Origin: Phoronis australis
Lineage: Eukaryota; Animalia; Phoronida
Direction: 5' to 3'
Assembly (NCBI GenBank): GCA_002633005.1
Contig: NMRA01000005.1
Location: 421,006 to 485,005, forward strand
Length of the DNA stretch: 64,000 nucleotides
Both the position numbers and the translations under genes were made by a program. Positions 24,601 to 34,583 of the stretch are shown here, in pieces (the first letter of the stretch is position 1; each line of letters opens with the position of its first letter). Under the pieces are notes generated by a model. It saw only the letters and a program-made list of their open reading frames with translations. It ran no database searches and was not told the origin of the DNA.

Positions 24601-26179
24601 GATTGGTCAGTTTTTAGTCTATTTTGTAATAAAAATTGGTTTTGTTGGGCCCAGTTGTAAATGCCTTCCCCCCATCTTGTTCTTGTAGCTGAGGTGATGT
24701 GTTCAACTTGTTCTTGCAGGGAGCTGTCACGATTCATAGCAGCTGGTCGTCTTCACTGTAAGATTGACAAAGTGGGCGGGATTGTTGTAACAAACCGACC
24801 GGACAACAAGAATTACCAGTATCAGGTATGGACAGCTAATATAGACAGCACCTAGCAACTTCATACCACTTGTATGTAGTTTGTCCACTCTGGCAAAGCA
24901 TCCTTTGTGATACATTTTGATGCAGTTCTGTTGTAACAGGAACACACTTTACATTTTGTACACAATGTGATTTGACTGTCAGACTTGATTTTTTTGGATT
25001 ATCTTGAGTTTAAACAGTGGATTTCAATGTTCTCAGTGTTGTCAGTCCTGAACGAGGATTTGTTTGAAATTTTTGAAATACAGGTCTAATACTAAAACTG
25101 TAGCAAGCTACCATTTGAATGCACCAGAATGCACAACATACATTTCTTGTGACCCCCTTCTGAAATCGATGAAAAATTTCTTGCTAAAAGTATATATTTA
25201 AAAGAAAATCGTGCAACATAACAAAGAAAACTGTCACGTTGGAGTTTGCTCAACATGTTCATTGCTTTCAGTTTTGCTAGTTAGTTTCTTTTGATGAGTT
25301 TTGATGCGGGTTGAAATTTGGTGAAATCGATGATGTTGCTCTCCCAGACAATAAATTCCATACATATACGTAATTTTTGTCATCCTGATGAGGGTAGAGC
25401 AAGTGCAATTCTCGAACAAAAATTTCCTTTGTAGTACTAAACCTATAACAGTTAAATCAGGTCTCCAGAAACCACCATTAGTCCACTTAATTAATTGCTT
25501 GAAAATTTGATGTGTGTATGCATTTTGACAGTCACTGGTGAAATTTGTACAAATCGACTACATCACATTTCCCTAAGCAGGAAAATCTAGAGATGCCTAT
25601 GGGTCAAGTCAACTTCTTCTGTCTATGTGCAGTATTGTTCAGTGGTGATTTTGTTTTCTATTTTGTTTTCTGTCCCAGTTTACTCGAAGTGCATTTTACA
25701 ACATGCAGCTTCAGTGGCAATGCATGTGTGGTCTTGGCAAAAAGGATAATGGTGACCTGGGAGGTGGGACAAAATTTGAAGTTGTCGGGGCCTCCCATTA
25801 AAACTGTTAGTTTACTAAAGACTCAGAGTGGCGTATGCCCTATTACTGACATCGTGTTGTTCAGACATTATCACAAGGGTAAATCAGCTTTGTCCGTAAC
25901 AACTGCATTTTGTTAGAGTCTGAGTGCAACGCGAATTATTGGCATGACAAAAAGGAGTGAGTGGTAGTGCAAGTGCATGGTTAGCGGTTAGAATGCCTTA
26001 GTAAACGTGTTTGTGGTACAATGACACAAAGCACAGTGCTAATATTATTCCAGAGTTTCAAGCCATGATAGAACTTTCTGAAGTAGTTTACATTGATCCA
26101 TTTTTTCCAGGCTACAATCAAGCAAGGAGATGTTCTGCTCAACAGACTTCAAAAACTAAGCCGTGTCATCAATATATAG
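12486..26179 (+). CDS. PSMD6: 26S proteasome non-ATPase regulatory subunit 6 (Rpn7), complete, 8 exons, 389 aa
   Basis: Exons 12486-12630 (or duplicate 12863-13007), 16853-17058, 21031-21176, 21827-22046, 23319-23427, 24125-24293, 24720-24825, 26111-26179 sum to 1170 nt. Motifs [66 protein letters not shown] and QKLSRVINI* are present. Confidence 0.98.
12833..13059 (+). other. PSMD6: Identical second copy of PSMD6 exon 1 and flanks (exon 12863-13007); probable haplotype/assembly duplication
   Basis: 12833-13059 is identical to 12456-12682 and begins right after the single N at 12832. Confidence 0.85.
15666..15898. mobile_element. Non-autonomous DNA transposon (MITE) with long TIRs and a 9-bp TSD (AcademH- or Mutator-like)
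   Basis: TIR TAGGCAATGACCATCGCCTCTGTTGGCCC at both ends; perfect TSD aggagaagg at 15657-15665 and 15899-15907. Confidence 0.9.
16608..16786. repeat. Tandem repeat, 58 bp x 3, just upstream of PSMD6 exon 2
   Basis: cagatgccacttg at 16613, 16671 and 16729. Confidence 0.95.
16853..17058 (+). CDS. PSMD6: PSMD6 exon 2 ([12 protein letters not shown]...YLSKIGDK)
   Basis: attcag acceptor, gtaact donor, 206 nt. Confidence 0.96.
17077..17218. repeat. Tandem repeat, 57 bp x 2.5, just downstream of PSMD6 exon 2
   Basis: tatgtgtgctgcatcagacacagtgtctgg at 17077 and 17134, plus a diverged third copy. Confidence 0.92.
17874..18243 (+). mobile_element. Helentron-associated non-autonomous element (HINE/DINE-1-like), running into an assembly gap
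   Basis: tttttatgcgccc start, subterminal hairpin (gcgcccacata...tatgtggacgc), (gtcc)n microsatellite and repeated catgaaatttgg core. Confidence 0.7.
18244..18856. other. Assembly gap (N run)
   Basis: Run of N. Confidence 1.
21031..21176 (+). CDS. PSMD6: PSMD6 exon 3 ([10 protein letters not shown]...[22 protein letters not shown])
   Basis: ttacag acceptor, gtaggt donor, 146 nt. Confidence 0.96.
21827..22046 (+). CDS. PSMD6: PSMD6 exon 4 ([17 protein letters not shown]...LREK)
   Basis: tttcag acceptor, gtgaga donor, 220 nt. Confidence 0.97.
22900..23331. repeat. Degenerate tandem repeat (about 102-120 bp units) that includes the PSMD6 exon 5 acceptor and first exon bases
   Basis: aaaggct recurs at about 22995, 23116, 23223 and 23325 with shared tccattca.gtt..t.tga and gttaacca blocks. 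Confidence 0.85.
23319..23427 (+). CDS. PSMD6: PSMD6 exon 5 ([36 protein letters not shown])
   Basis: ttacag acceptor, gtaact donor, 109 nt; not in the ORF track. Confidence 0.95.
24125..24293 (+). CDS. PSMD6: PSMD6 exon 6 ([24 protein letters not shown]...EYID)
   Basis: ccacag acceptor, gtgagt donor, 169 nt. Confidence 0.96.
24720..24825 (+). CDS. PSMD6: PSMD6 exon 7 ([35 protein letters not shown])
   Basis: ttgcag acceptor, gtatgg donor, 106 nt. Confidence 0.96.
26111..26179 (+). CDS. PSMD6: PSMD6 exon 8 coding part ([22 protein letters not shown])
   Basis: ttccag acceptor, TAG stop, 69 nt. Confidence 0.96.
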   Translation, partial: ATIKQGDVLLNRLQKLSRVINI

Positions 26180-26453
26180 TTACTTAGCTGTTAACTTGTG
26201 ACTGGACTTTAGTCAGCTTGGTGCTGATTGGATAAGAAAGCCAAAGGTGATTAACTTCATACTGAATGGATGAGAAGACCTTATGAGTCACTGTGGTGTG
26301 TGTGCTTTCAACAGCTGGTGTTATGTTTGCATTCAAATGTCAGAAACTTATGAATATTTTCAAACAGTATTTGAAATCTACAAAAGAACTGAATCCATTC
26401 ATGCCTTGTGTTGTTTTCATGCCAGATTTATGTTTGTATTTCAATTAGGCCTT

Positions 26454-26459
26454 AATAAA
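26454..26459 (+). terminator. Probable polyadenylation signal of PSMD6
   Basis: First AATAAA noticed after the stop (about 275 nt downstream), followed by T/G-rich sequence. Confidence 0.6.
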
Positions 26460-27538
26460 CGATTTGTATATTGACTATTCTCTAAAGCCAACCTTCTTGC
26501 AAAACCCTGAGTATTTTCATAGCCTCGAATTGTTCCCAGATGTGTTTCATATCTGCGAACATCAATTGTAATAGCAAGTCATGTGTCTAATTATTTTCTT
26601 AAATATTTGACAGCTGCAACAGCTCAACTGTAAAAATTAGCCTCGAAACACTGAAATCACCTGAAATTTGACATACGAACAATTTGAAAGCAACCTGCTG
26701 TTAAAGACAACATACAAAATGGCGTCAGCATTCAATACAACACTTTGGCAAACAGGTGACAACAAACCAGTTGCTAAGAGTTTGCCATATAGTTTCGTCA
26801 TTGGGAAAAAACAGCTCAAAGGCACAGTGTACTGTTTGGGCAAACAGGACCTCAGAATGAACAATCCCAACTTTCCAAAGTCAAGCATTCGTCCTAAGAA
26901 TACAATGTAAGCCCTCCCAGTCTGAACTGAGAAAATTATACACTTTCCTTCACGAACCAATTGCATGTATACTGCGTCCATTTAGCAACGACCACTGAGT
27001 CTCAAGTATGGTTTTTTCTAAAATGTATAAAGGCCACACGTGACCGCAGAGCGCGTTCTTACATTGGCCATTTGAATTGCCTTGTGTTTGATATCTCTCC
27101 AAAGGATTGCACTAAAAACCCCACGACTTACACCCCACCCCCCGGCCACGACCTGCGGCAGTAGATAATATATTTGCGCTTTTTACACATTTCATGTCAT
27201 TACGTCGCTGATTGACTTCCCATAGGACTTACACACGCGAATCTGCTCTTGTTAAAAGCAGAGTGACGTAAGAACATGGTCTGAAATAGCGCATTGTGAG
27301 TGTGCTATCGTTTTTACAGAAATTGTTCCACGAGCGCCTACCAATGACCCTGTACTATCAAACTTAGGCAAAGGTTGCGTTAACGTGAATACAAATAAAT
27401 TTTTATTATTTGCTTTCTGTCGTATAATCGTTTACAATATATTACATGTAACAGATGCTTTTTAGTTACGAGTTTTTTTAAATTGTATTTACTGAAAAAA
27501 AAATGCATATTCGCGGCCTTCTCGCACTCTCGCTCAGG

Positions 27539-28115
27539 GGTTCCCTGCGTGCCGCGAGGTAAGTGGTATCCAGCATGCAGGTATCACTTCCTCGAAAAAT
27601 TTTTTAAAGCGGCGTTTCTGATTGGCTGATCGAATTCTCAACAGGTAGCGCTTTACGCAAACAAAGTGGCATGATTGATGGAGGAAGTGTAAATGTGGTC
27701 TGTTGAACAGACAAATCGGTGCTTAAAATTCATGTTAAAAATGTGAATCCCAGAAAATTGTGGTTGCGCCTTTTCGGAGTGCATCCTTCTACTGTCGCTG
27801 ACTTTTGTTTACGTTGCTGTCCCATATTCATGCAGTATGAATAACACACTAGTTAAATGGGCCAGATGATAACGTGTTTATTGTACATGTGTGTGTTCCA
27901 AGCACGCGGCTATTAAACATTACAGTTGCGAAAACGAAATAGTTGCTGCTACAACGCTTGCATCGACAAGGCTAAAAATCGTTCATAGTCCGCCATTTTC
28001 TCACTTTGTTGTAAAACTAACCAATGACTGTCGAGGTTACTTCAACCAACGATAATGCGAGAGCTACTGCCTGTTACCTGCGTGGTCGCTACCACCTAGC
28101 GGCACGCGGGGAACC
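27539..28115. mobile_element. MITE-like element with about 45-bp diverged inverted ends
   Basis: ggttccctgcgtgccgcgaggt...gcatgcaggta is mirrored by tacctgcgtgg...acctagcggcacgcggggaacc; no clear TSD. Confidence 0.55.
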
Positions 28116-28272
28116 AACGAGTCTCGCACTCTCCCGCCAAAATAGCTTGAATTCACCAATCGCTGAAGAGTCGATTACACTCTGCCGGGAACCAGACGAT
28201 TTGTAATGTTCCGGGGCATTGATTTGATTTGGTCGCGGGATTTGGAGGCCGGTAGGAAGGAAAAAAATTATT

Positions 28273-28389
28273 GGGGGGGGGGGGGGGGGGGGGGNNNNNN
28301 NNNNNNNNNNNNNNNNNNNNNNNNNNNNNNNNNNNNNNNNNNNNNNNNNNNNNNNNNNNNNNNNNNNNNNNNNNNGGGGGGGGGGGGGA
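28273..28389. other. Poly-G tract containing an assembly gap
   Basis: G runs on both sides of an N run. Confidence 0.95.
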
Positions 28390-28904
28390 GGTAATACCGG
28401 GGATGCAGCCATCACAGGATTTGAGTAACCGTGAACCCACAGTTTGCGGAGAGTAAGCCAAGAGAATGGGTCTAGGGCTAGCGCACAGACGGGTAGCTGG
28501 GAGCTGGCTGAAGTAACTATAGCTGGGTTCCAACAGTGATTCGTACCTACTACTCTCTGCTCTGGGTTGAAGATCAAGGTTTGTTTTAATAAGATCCAGT
28601 TTCGGGGAAAACTTCATTTTATTATGACCATTCTTTGAAGTAATGTTTGGAAGGTGAGGTCCCGAGGTGCTTGGTATGAGTGCCTTTGTGGCCGTTTTAG
28701 AATCCCTAGATGAAACACAGCCGGTAGTCCAGTTCCTCTGGTAGTTGCTGGGGGAAATGATACAGTGCGTGTCCCAAAAATGTACACACTTCAACGTCTG
28801 GAGTTTAAATTCAGTTCCCGTTGGTAACTGAGTTTCTACGCAGGCCTACTGCATGGTTACACCTTATTTTTAACGTGGATGTGCCAGGCCTGACGTGTTC
28901 CTTG

Positions 28905-29161
28905 CATGCGTGCACCCAACGGGGGCTCGGAGGGCGCGAACGAGCCCCACCCCTCCCCATTTGGAAAAGTGGGCAAAAAGGTTCGCCTCAAAGAAACAAA
29001 AAGTCCGAGAAAAACGAGACAAAAGTCCAGTAAAAAGGTAGAAATTCGGCGTATATACAGTTCATAGCCCTGAACGAACCCCGTATTTCGTATTTTTCGT
29101 TTGTAACAGGTCATCCTCAAAAATTTGAGCTCTCCTATATTTTAGGATGGGAGCGCGCATG
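28905..29161. mobile_element. MITE family A copy 1 (TIR CATGCG(C/T)GCACCCA), 5-bp TSD
   Basis: Ends catgcgtgcaccca / tgggagcgcgcatg; flanks ccttg/ccgtg; homologous to 44117-44339. Confidence 0.75.
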
Positions 29162-29299
29162 CCGTGTGTGTAGTATGCACGGGAAATGCAAGCAAACGAT
29201 TCAGTTTTGAAGAACAAAAATTCACTTCGCAATACTACTGGAAACTAAAAACATCAAGGAAGTGCAAAAAGAACCTTTCCAATTTGATGACCAATGAAA

Positions 29300-30020
29300 T
29301 AGATTTTATTTGTTCAAGTACTTAAACTTCTTTTTCGAACTACGGTTTGTAAACTTAAACCCAGTAATCTAGTTCCTAAGCCAATAAACAAGTTATTGTC
29401 ATTTGAACTGTGAGAACAATTTGGGACACTTAGTAGAGCTATCCAAAATTCATCAATTTCCTTGAGACTTATTTGAGACAGGCAAAAATCGTTTAGTGTA
29501 CTTTTAGTTTTGGGGATCTGATGATAGATCGAATTTTCCCAATGTCGGCCTAGAACTAAGTTCATTGAAGCATTGTTTTTCTTACAAAATTAGCTTCTTA
29601 TTGTCAAAAAATCATCTCTCAATCAGTCCATTTTCATAGATTCATAAACATGTAAATCAGAAACCAACAATCAAATCCATTAGCAATGCGTTTACCTTGA
29701 TTTAGTTCCTTTTTGATGCCCTGTTAGTGAGTTTAAACAACAAATCTTGAACCGAAGTCAAAAAGCAATGCATTTATTGTCATTTGAATTGTGAACAAAC
29801 TTTGGGAAGTGTCCAAATTGCATCAATGTTTTTGAGAGTTATTTTAGATAGATAAAAAGCCTCCAAGTGCACTTTACTATTTGGGGCTCCAATTATAGAG
29901 TTTTATTTTTTCCATATTCAAGCTTCAACTTAATTCCCTGAATCGTAATCATTTTTTTTTTTAAATTAGCTTGTAATTGCCAAAAATCATCTATTAAGCT
30001 GTCGGTTTTAGCAGATACAT
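29300..30020. repeat. Old diverged direct repeat, about 380 bp unit x 2
   Basis: ttattgtcatttgaa(c/t)tgtga...catcaat...ttgaga.ttattt...aaattagctt...aaaaatcatct occurs at about 29393 and about 29775. Confidence 0.7.
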
Positions 30021-31575
30021 CAACAGATCAGAAACCCACGAACTTGTTGATCAAAACGGAATGTTATAAAAATTTTCCGCTCGTAGGCTCGCAGATTTTT
30101 GACGGGTAACCAGGGAAAAATGGAGACTGAACATTCATAGTAAGATGTATTTTTGCTCAATTCCGAGGTACCTTGAACTTGGCGAGTATTCGAGTACACT
30201 CGTTCGACATGTACACGGTTTTCCACATGTGGGAATTCCTTACAAACAACTCATAGTAACCATCTTCAAACGAGGTACTATTCTTGTGATAATATGGGAA
30301 CCAGTATTATTTATATCTGACCATCGGAAATACTCCTTTTGTGCAATTAACAAACAGCGATCTTCACATTCTTTAAAATTCTTGACTCCCTTTCTATGGC
30401 GGTCAATCCTATTGTATCTTTTCACATTTTTTGGTTGTTTGGGTCGAATGTCTTGATACTGCTGTGCTGTGCACGAGTGTTTTGTGGGTTTTAATGACTT
30501 TCGAGTCACAAATTGCCTCGTGAATAATTGGCAGTGTCGGATTTACATGTATAGAGGTACAAAGAGACATTTCTCCGAACTGCACCACCGAGAGAGGGTC
30601 CCGTCTGAAATAGGACACATTAATTATGAAAAGCTAAACATCATTAAGCTTGGAAAAGAGTGACATTTCACTCCACCGTCGTGTGGTCACAAGATGGTGC
30701 AGGAAGTGACCTTCCTCAACATGAAAGTCGGTTGCACGATTTCACAAAAAAACGGAAACTAGACGAAGTCCTAATCGAGTCCAACTTTGGGCCCTCTGTT
30801 CCTGAGTGGACCCTTAAGAATTTGTCAATAAAAATATAAAAAGGGTAGCCACTTAAATTTTATCAATGGCCTCCTTCAAGGTTGGGGGCCCTCAGTATGA
30901 AAATATCTATATTTTGAAAAGTCAAGAAATGTACAGCAATTGATGATATCCGTCAGTTCATCAATTTTTCTCAAGTGATATACATTTCGAAAAAAAAGCG
31001 ACAGTTGTCTCCGTTATCCCTTGCCAGAGAGGGGTCTCTGGAAAAATGTGGTTTTGCAGTAGCAAAATTGACTTATTGAATTTAAAAATCCAGTGAATAA
31101 TTACGCTCCACAAAAGCTTCGCTTTACAATTTTTTTTGATTTTTTGAAATATATTCATGAATCATTACTTGCACGTTTTCAAGTGCGTTTAGACGACCTG
31201 TGCTGGGAAAGCGGACTGGGCCCCAACAACAATGTCCTGGCCAGGATTCTCAAAAGGTAAACCATGGACTGATACAGAGTTGTTAAATGTTTTCTTGGAT
31301 TTTCTTTCTTATCCGCATTTAGCAGTCTGTCCTTTCTGTCTCCGCCCCAAGCGTATTGCCACCGTTTAACCCTGACGCCTGAAAAGTTTTTTTTTGAGGG
31401 GGTGGGGCGTGCCATTTTCTATACAAAATGCATTGGTTTAAATGTACGTACTTTGCTGTTGAACCACGAATATGTATGCGTGCATGTAAATCGTTCAATA
31501 ACTGAAGGATCGCTATAATTGCCATAGTTGAAATAAACTACATTTCGTTTCTACAGCAATTTTAGCACATATTAT

Positions 31576-32982
31576 AGACCCTATTCACGCGGCGGCTATT
31601 GAGATCCAAAGCGAGGCTCACTGCGATAAACAAAGTGAAAGTAGACATTGCGTGAGTTAAATAGCCGGTCTTTCGAGTCCAACCTGGATATTAAATTTTA
31701 ATGATGTGTCGACAATTAACCACAGAGACTTAGAAAATTACATTAGAGAACATGTTAAGGCGCCAAAGAGTTGTCTGACGAAAGGGTTTAATTTTTTCGG
31801 AAAACTAGGTTCGAAACATGAAAAGTAAATATGACCAAATTGCGGCGATCGTAGTGTTACGGATTAGGTAATATGCTGAATGCAGGGTTACTTTTTTCTT
31901 GTAAATTGTTGATCAAAATACTTTCTACGCGGACCAGGTCATCTGCTCGTATTGTTGACAAGTTGGTGTCTGTCATGTGCAATTAGTCACATCTGGTTTA
32001 ATTTGTTGATCAAGAATATTAACATCAAGCATAGAGTGATCCTATGCACTCACTGGGACTAACAGTTGATTTGTCATTGGTCTGAAAGAATAATTGATGT
32101 TATTAAATATATTTTCATTAAAATAAAAAACCAGGCTCGTACCTGAAAATAAAAATTATTTGACCATCAATGTTTTCTTGGTTGTAATAATTCTTACGTC
32201 TATTTCATGTGTTAGATTTCAAATATCAATCTGGACCACGTTGAATTTTAAAATTAAAACACCTAATTCGTTCGTCCAAAACATAACGTCGTTTTAGAAC
32301 TCAATTTCAGTTAACTGGACAATGCAATCATAGTTATCATGTTTCTGCAGAAGCCTCTTTCATCCGAGGGGAACGGTTCCAGTGCCTACTAAGAGGCGAT
32401 TTTTNTTCGGCAGATGCGCGCTCCCAGCCTAAACTCTGGGGATGCAGGGGTCTTGAATTCTTGGGTTTGCGGACCTGTTGACTAAAAAAACGGTAAACGG
32501 GGTTCATTCAGCGCCTATGCGTTGTTTATTCACCCCCCAAGACCCGCCCTGGTTGCGCACGTGTGCTAGTCAGCAATTCGCACTCGAACTCAAAAATGGG
32601 ATCTGATACAATTTTAGGGGCATGCCCCCCCTCCACCCCTAAATCCGTAGTCATGAAAACACAGCCTGGCTGGCCCATTCTCCGGTCGTTAACAACTGAC
32701 CGACATGCGACAAAATATGATCGAAAACATTTATAAATTTTACACGGACGGTCGCGGCAACGACCCAACGCTTCTGAATCTCAACGTCTTTAGAGATTGT
32801 GAAGCAGACAGTTGCGTGTCCGTATTTTTTCTAGCCGTTCGCGGAACAACACGGTCTGAAACACAGAACCAGAGACCGTAGAGAGAGTTAGCGTCTTTGA
32901 CAGAACTATGCCGATAAGCTAACAGAGCTATCGTAGCGAGCCTCGTTTTGGAATGCGCCTCCTGTCGGCGTGAATAGGGTCT
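31576..32982. mobile_element. Non-autonomous DNA transposon, ISL2EU-like (AT TSD)
   Basis: at|AGACCCTATTCACGC ... GCGTGAATAGGGTCT|at: a perfect 15-bp TIR flanked by AT. Confidence 0.8.
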
Positions 32983-33414
32983 ATGGCAAGAAAGAGCAGT
33001 CCTCGTCCTTGTCTCACGATTCCTCAGAGAGGCATCCAGTGCTTTTTAAACTTTTTGTCGTCTTCTTCCACTTCTCTTATAATGCCAGGTCGTTGCGCCT
33101 CCACTGCCTTGCTTACAGATCCTAAAAAAAAAACATTTGTAGATTCTCCAGAGCGAGGAACAGGTACTATACTAGGGTCTCGAGTCACGTGTAAGTTAAC
33201 ATTTTGGTTTTGTTGGACGTCAAATGTTTGTTCTTTCTCCACACTCTTTTTGCTCAACGTTAACATTTTGGCTTTGTTGGACGCCAACTGTTTGTTCTTT
33301 CTCCACACTTGTTTTATCTCCGCTACGATCGTGCTCTTTCGAATAATCGAAATCAAATTCTTTTTCCGTTTCGTTTAGGTCAGCAGCACTTGCACGATAC
33401 CTTGCGGTAGAACG

Positions 33415-34583
33415 TTAACCCAGACTGCTTTTAACCGTTCTCCGTTTCTTGATTTTCTTTCTTTTTTCCACTCCAGTTTTGTTAATTTCAGAATCACCGC
33501 GACCACTGCCTATAACATTAACCGAGTTAATAGTTGATTTCGTCGATTGGGAACGCGGGGAATGCTTCTGAACTCGCGTTGAGGGCTTTTTTCGTTTTTT
33601 CACCTTTCGCCGCTTTCCCTCTTCCCTTTTCTGCGTGGTATCCATGTCACCATCTGAGTCTTCAGAGCTAATGTCCCCTTTGTCTGTTGAGTCACTTTCG
33701 TCAAGAGCATAATACCTGTTAGTTTGTGACGGAAGTACGGGCGAAGGTGAAGTCTCGTCGGAGGTATCAAGTTCTCTGCTTGTTTCGCTTGTTGTATTTG
33801 AGTCACTGTCCTCCTCGGCCTGGTTTTCAACGTTATCCAAGTCATCCGAATTTCTTCCAGTTTCCAGAACCTTAGCAACAGTGTTCTTAGCAACAGTGTT
33901 CTGTTGATTATCACGAAGACTTGGCTCCTCTAGATCATCATCAGAATCACTGGACGTGGAGGTCAAGTCAGGATCAACAGGTGTGAAGGATTGCTTCTCA
34001 GCCACTTGAAATTTCTGGTGTACAGCTGTTTGACTGGTAGCTTCCGAAGGTTTGGTTTGTGGTAGAGCCGGCAGACTTAAACTCTTCCGCCTTCCTCCCG
34101 GCATAGTCATACTCAGATGACTTTCAATTTGAGGTTCCTGAACGTGTGACGAGACTTTCAACAAATGATGTGACGACTGTAGTCCTTTAAGTTGCAATTG
34201 CGCCAATACACCAAGTTTACCAGATCTTTCCATACTTGAAGCTGCGCAATCTAAAACTTCAGCAGGAACCAAACTAGCCACGCCTTTAGCCTTTTCTAGG
34301 CGATATTCTACTCTCCTGGCTCTCCAACGTAACCAGACCACGGCCGCGGCGCAAGCAAGGGCCAGAAGCAAGAACAAACCAATCAATGCAACGGCCAAAT
34401 CTTTTTCAAGGCGATGTTGCTGGGGACATAAGGGTCCCCCACAAGCCATTGTCTGAGTACTGGACCCCACACAGAGCTTTTGGACAGGTTTTCCTTTAGG
34501 GTTGAAGCATCTTCGACTTCGAGACCTGGTTCCAAGACCACACGTGACGTCACAATCGGTCCAGTTGGAAAAGGGAGACCAGC
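33415..34583 (-). CDS. Receptor terminal exon: TSP1 domain, TM helix, about 300-aa S/D/E/K-rich cytoplasmic tail
   Basis: tttcag acceptor at 34584-34585 (phase 1) inside ORF 33415..34794; WSPFSNWTDCDVTCGLGTRSRSRRC. Confidence 0.88.

Noticed and set aside
28089-28456. Poly-Pro/poly-Gly ORFs
   Set aside because: Artefact of G homopolymers and the N gap
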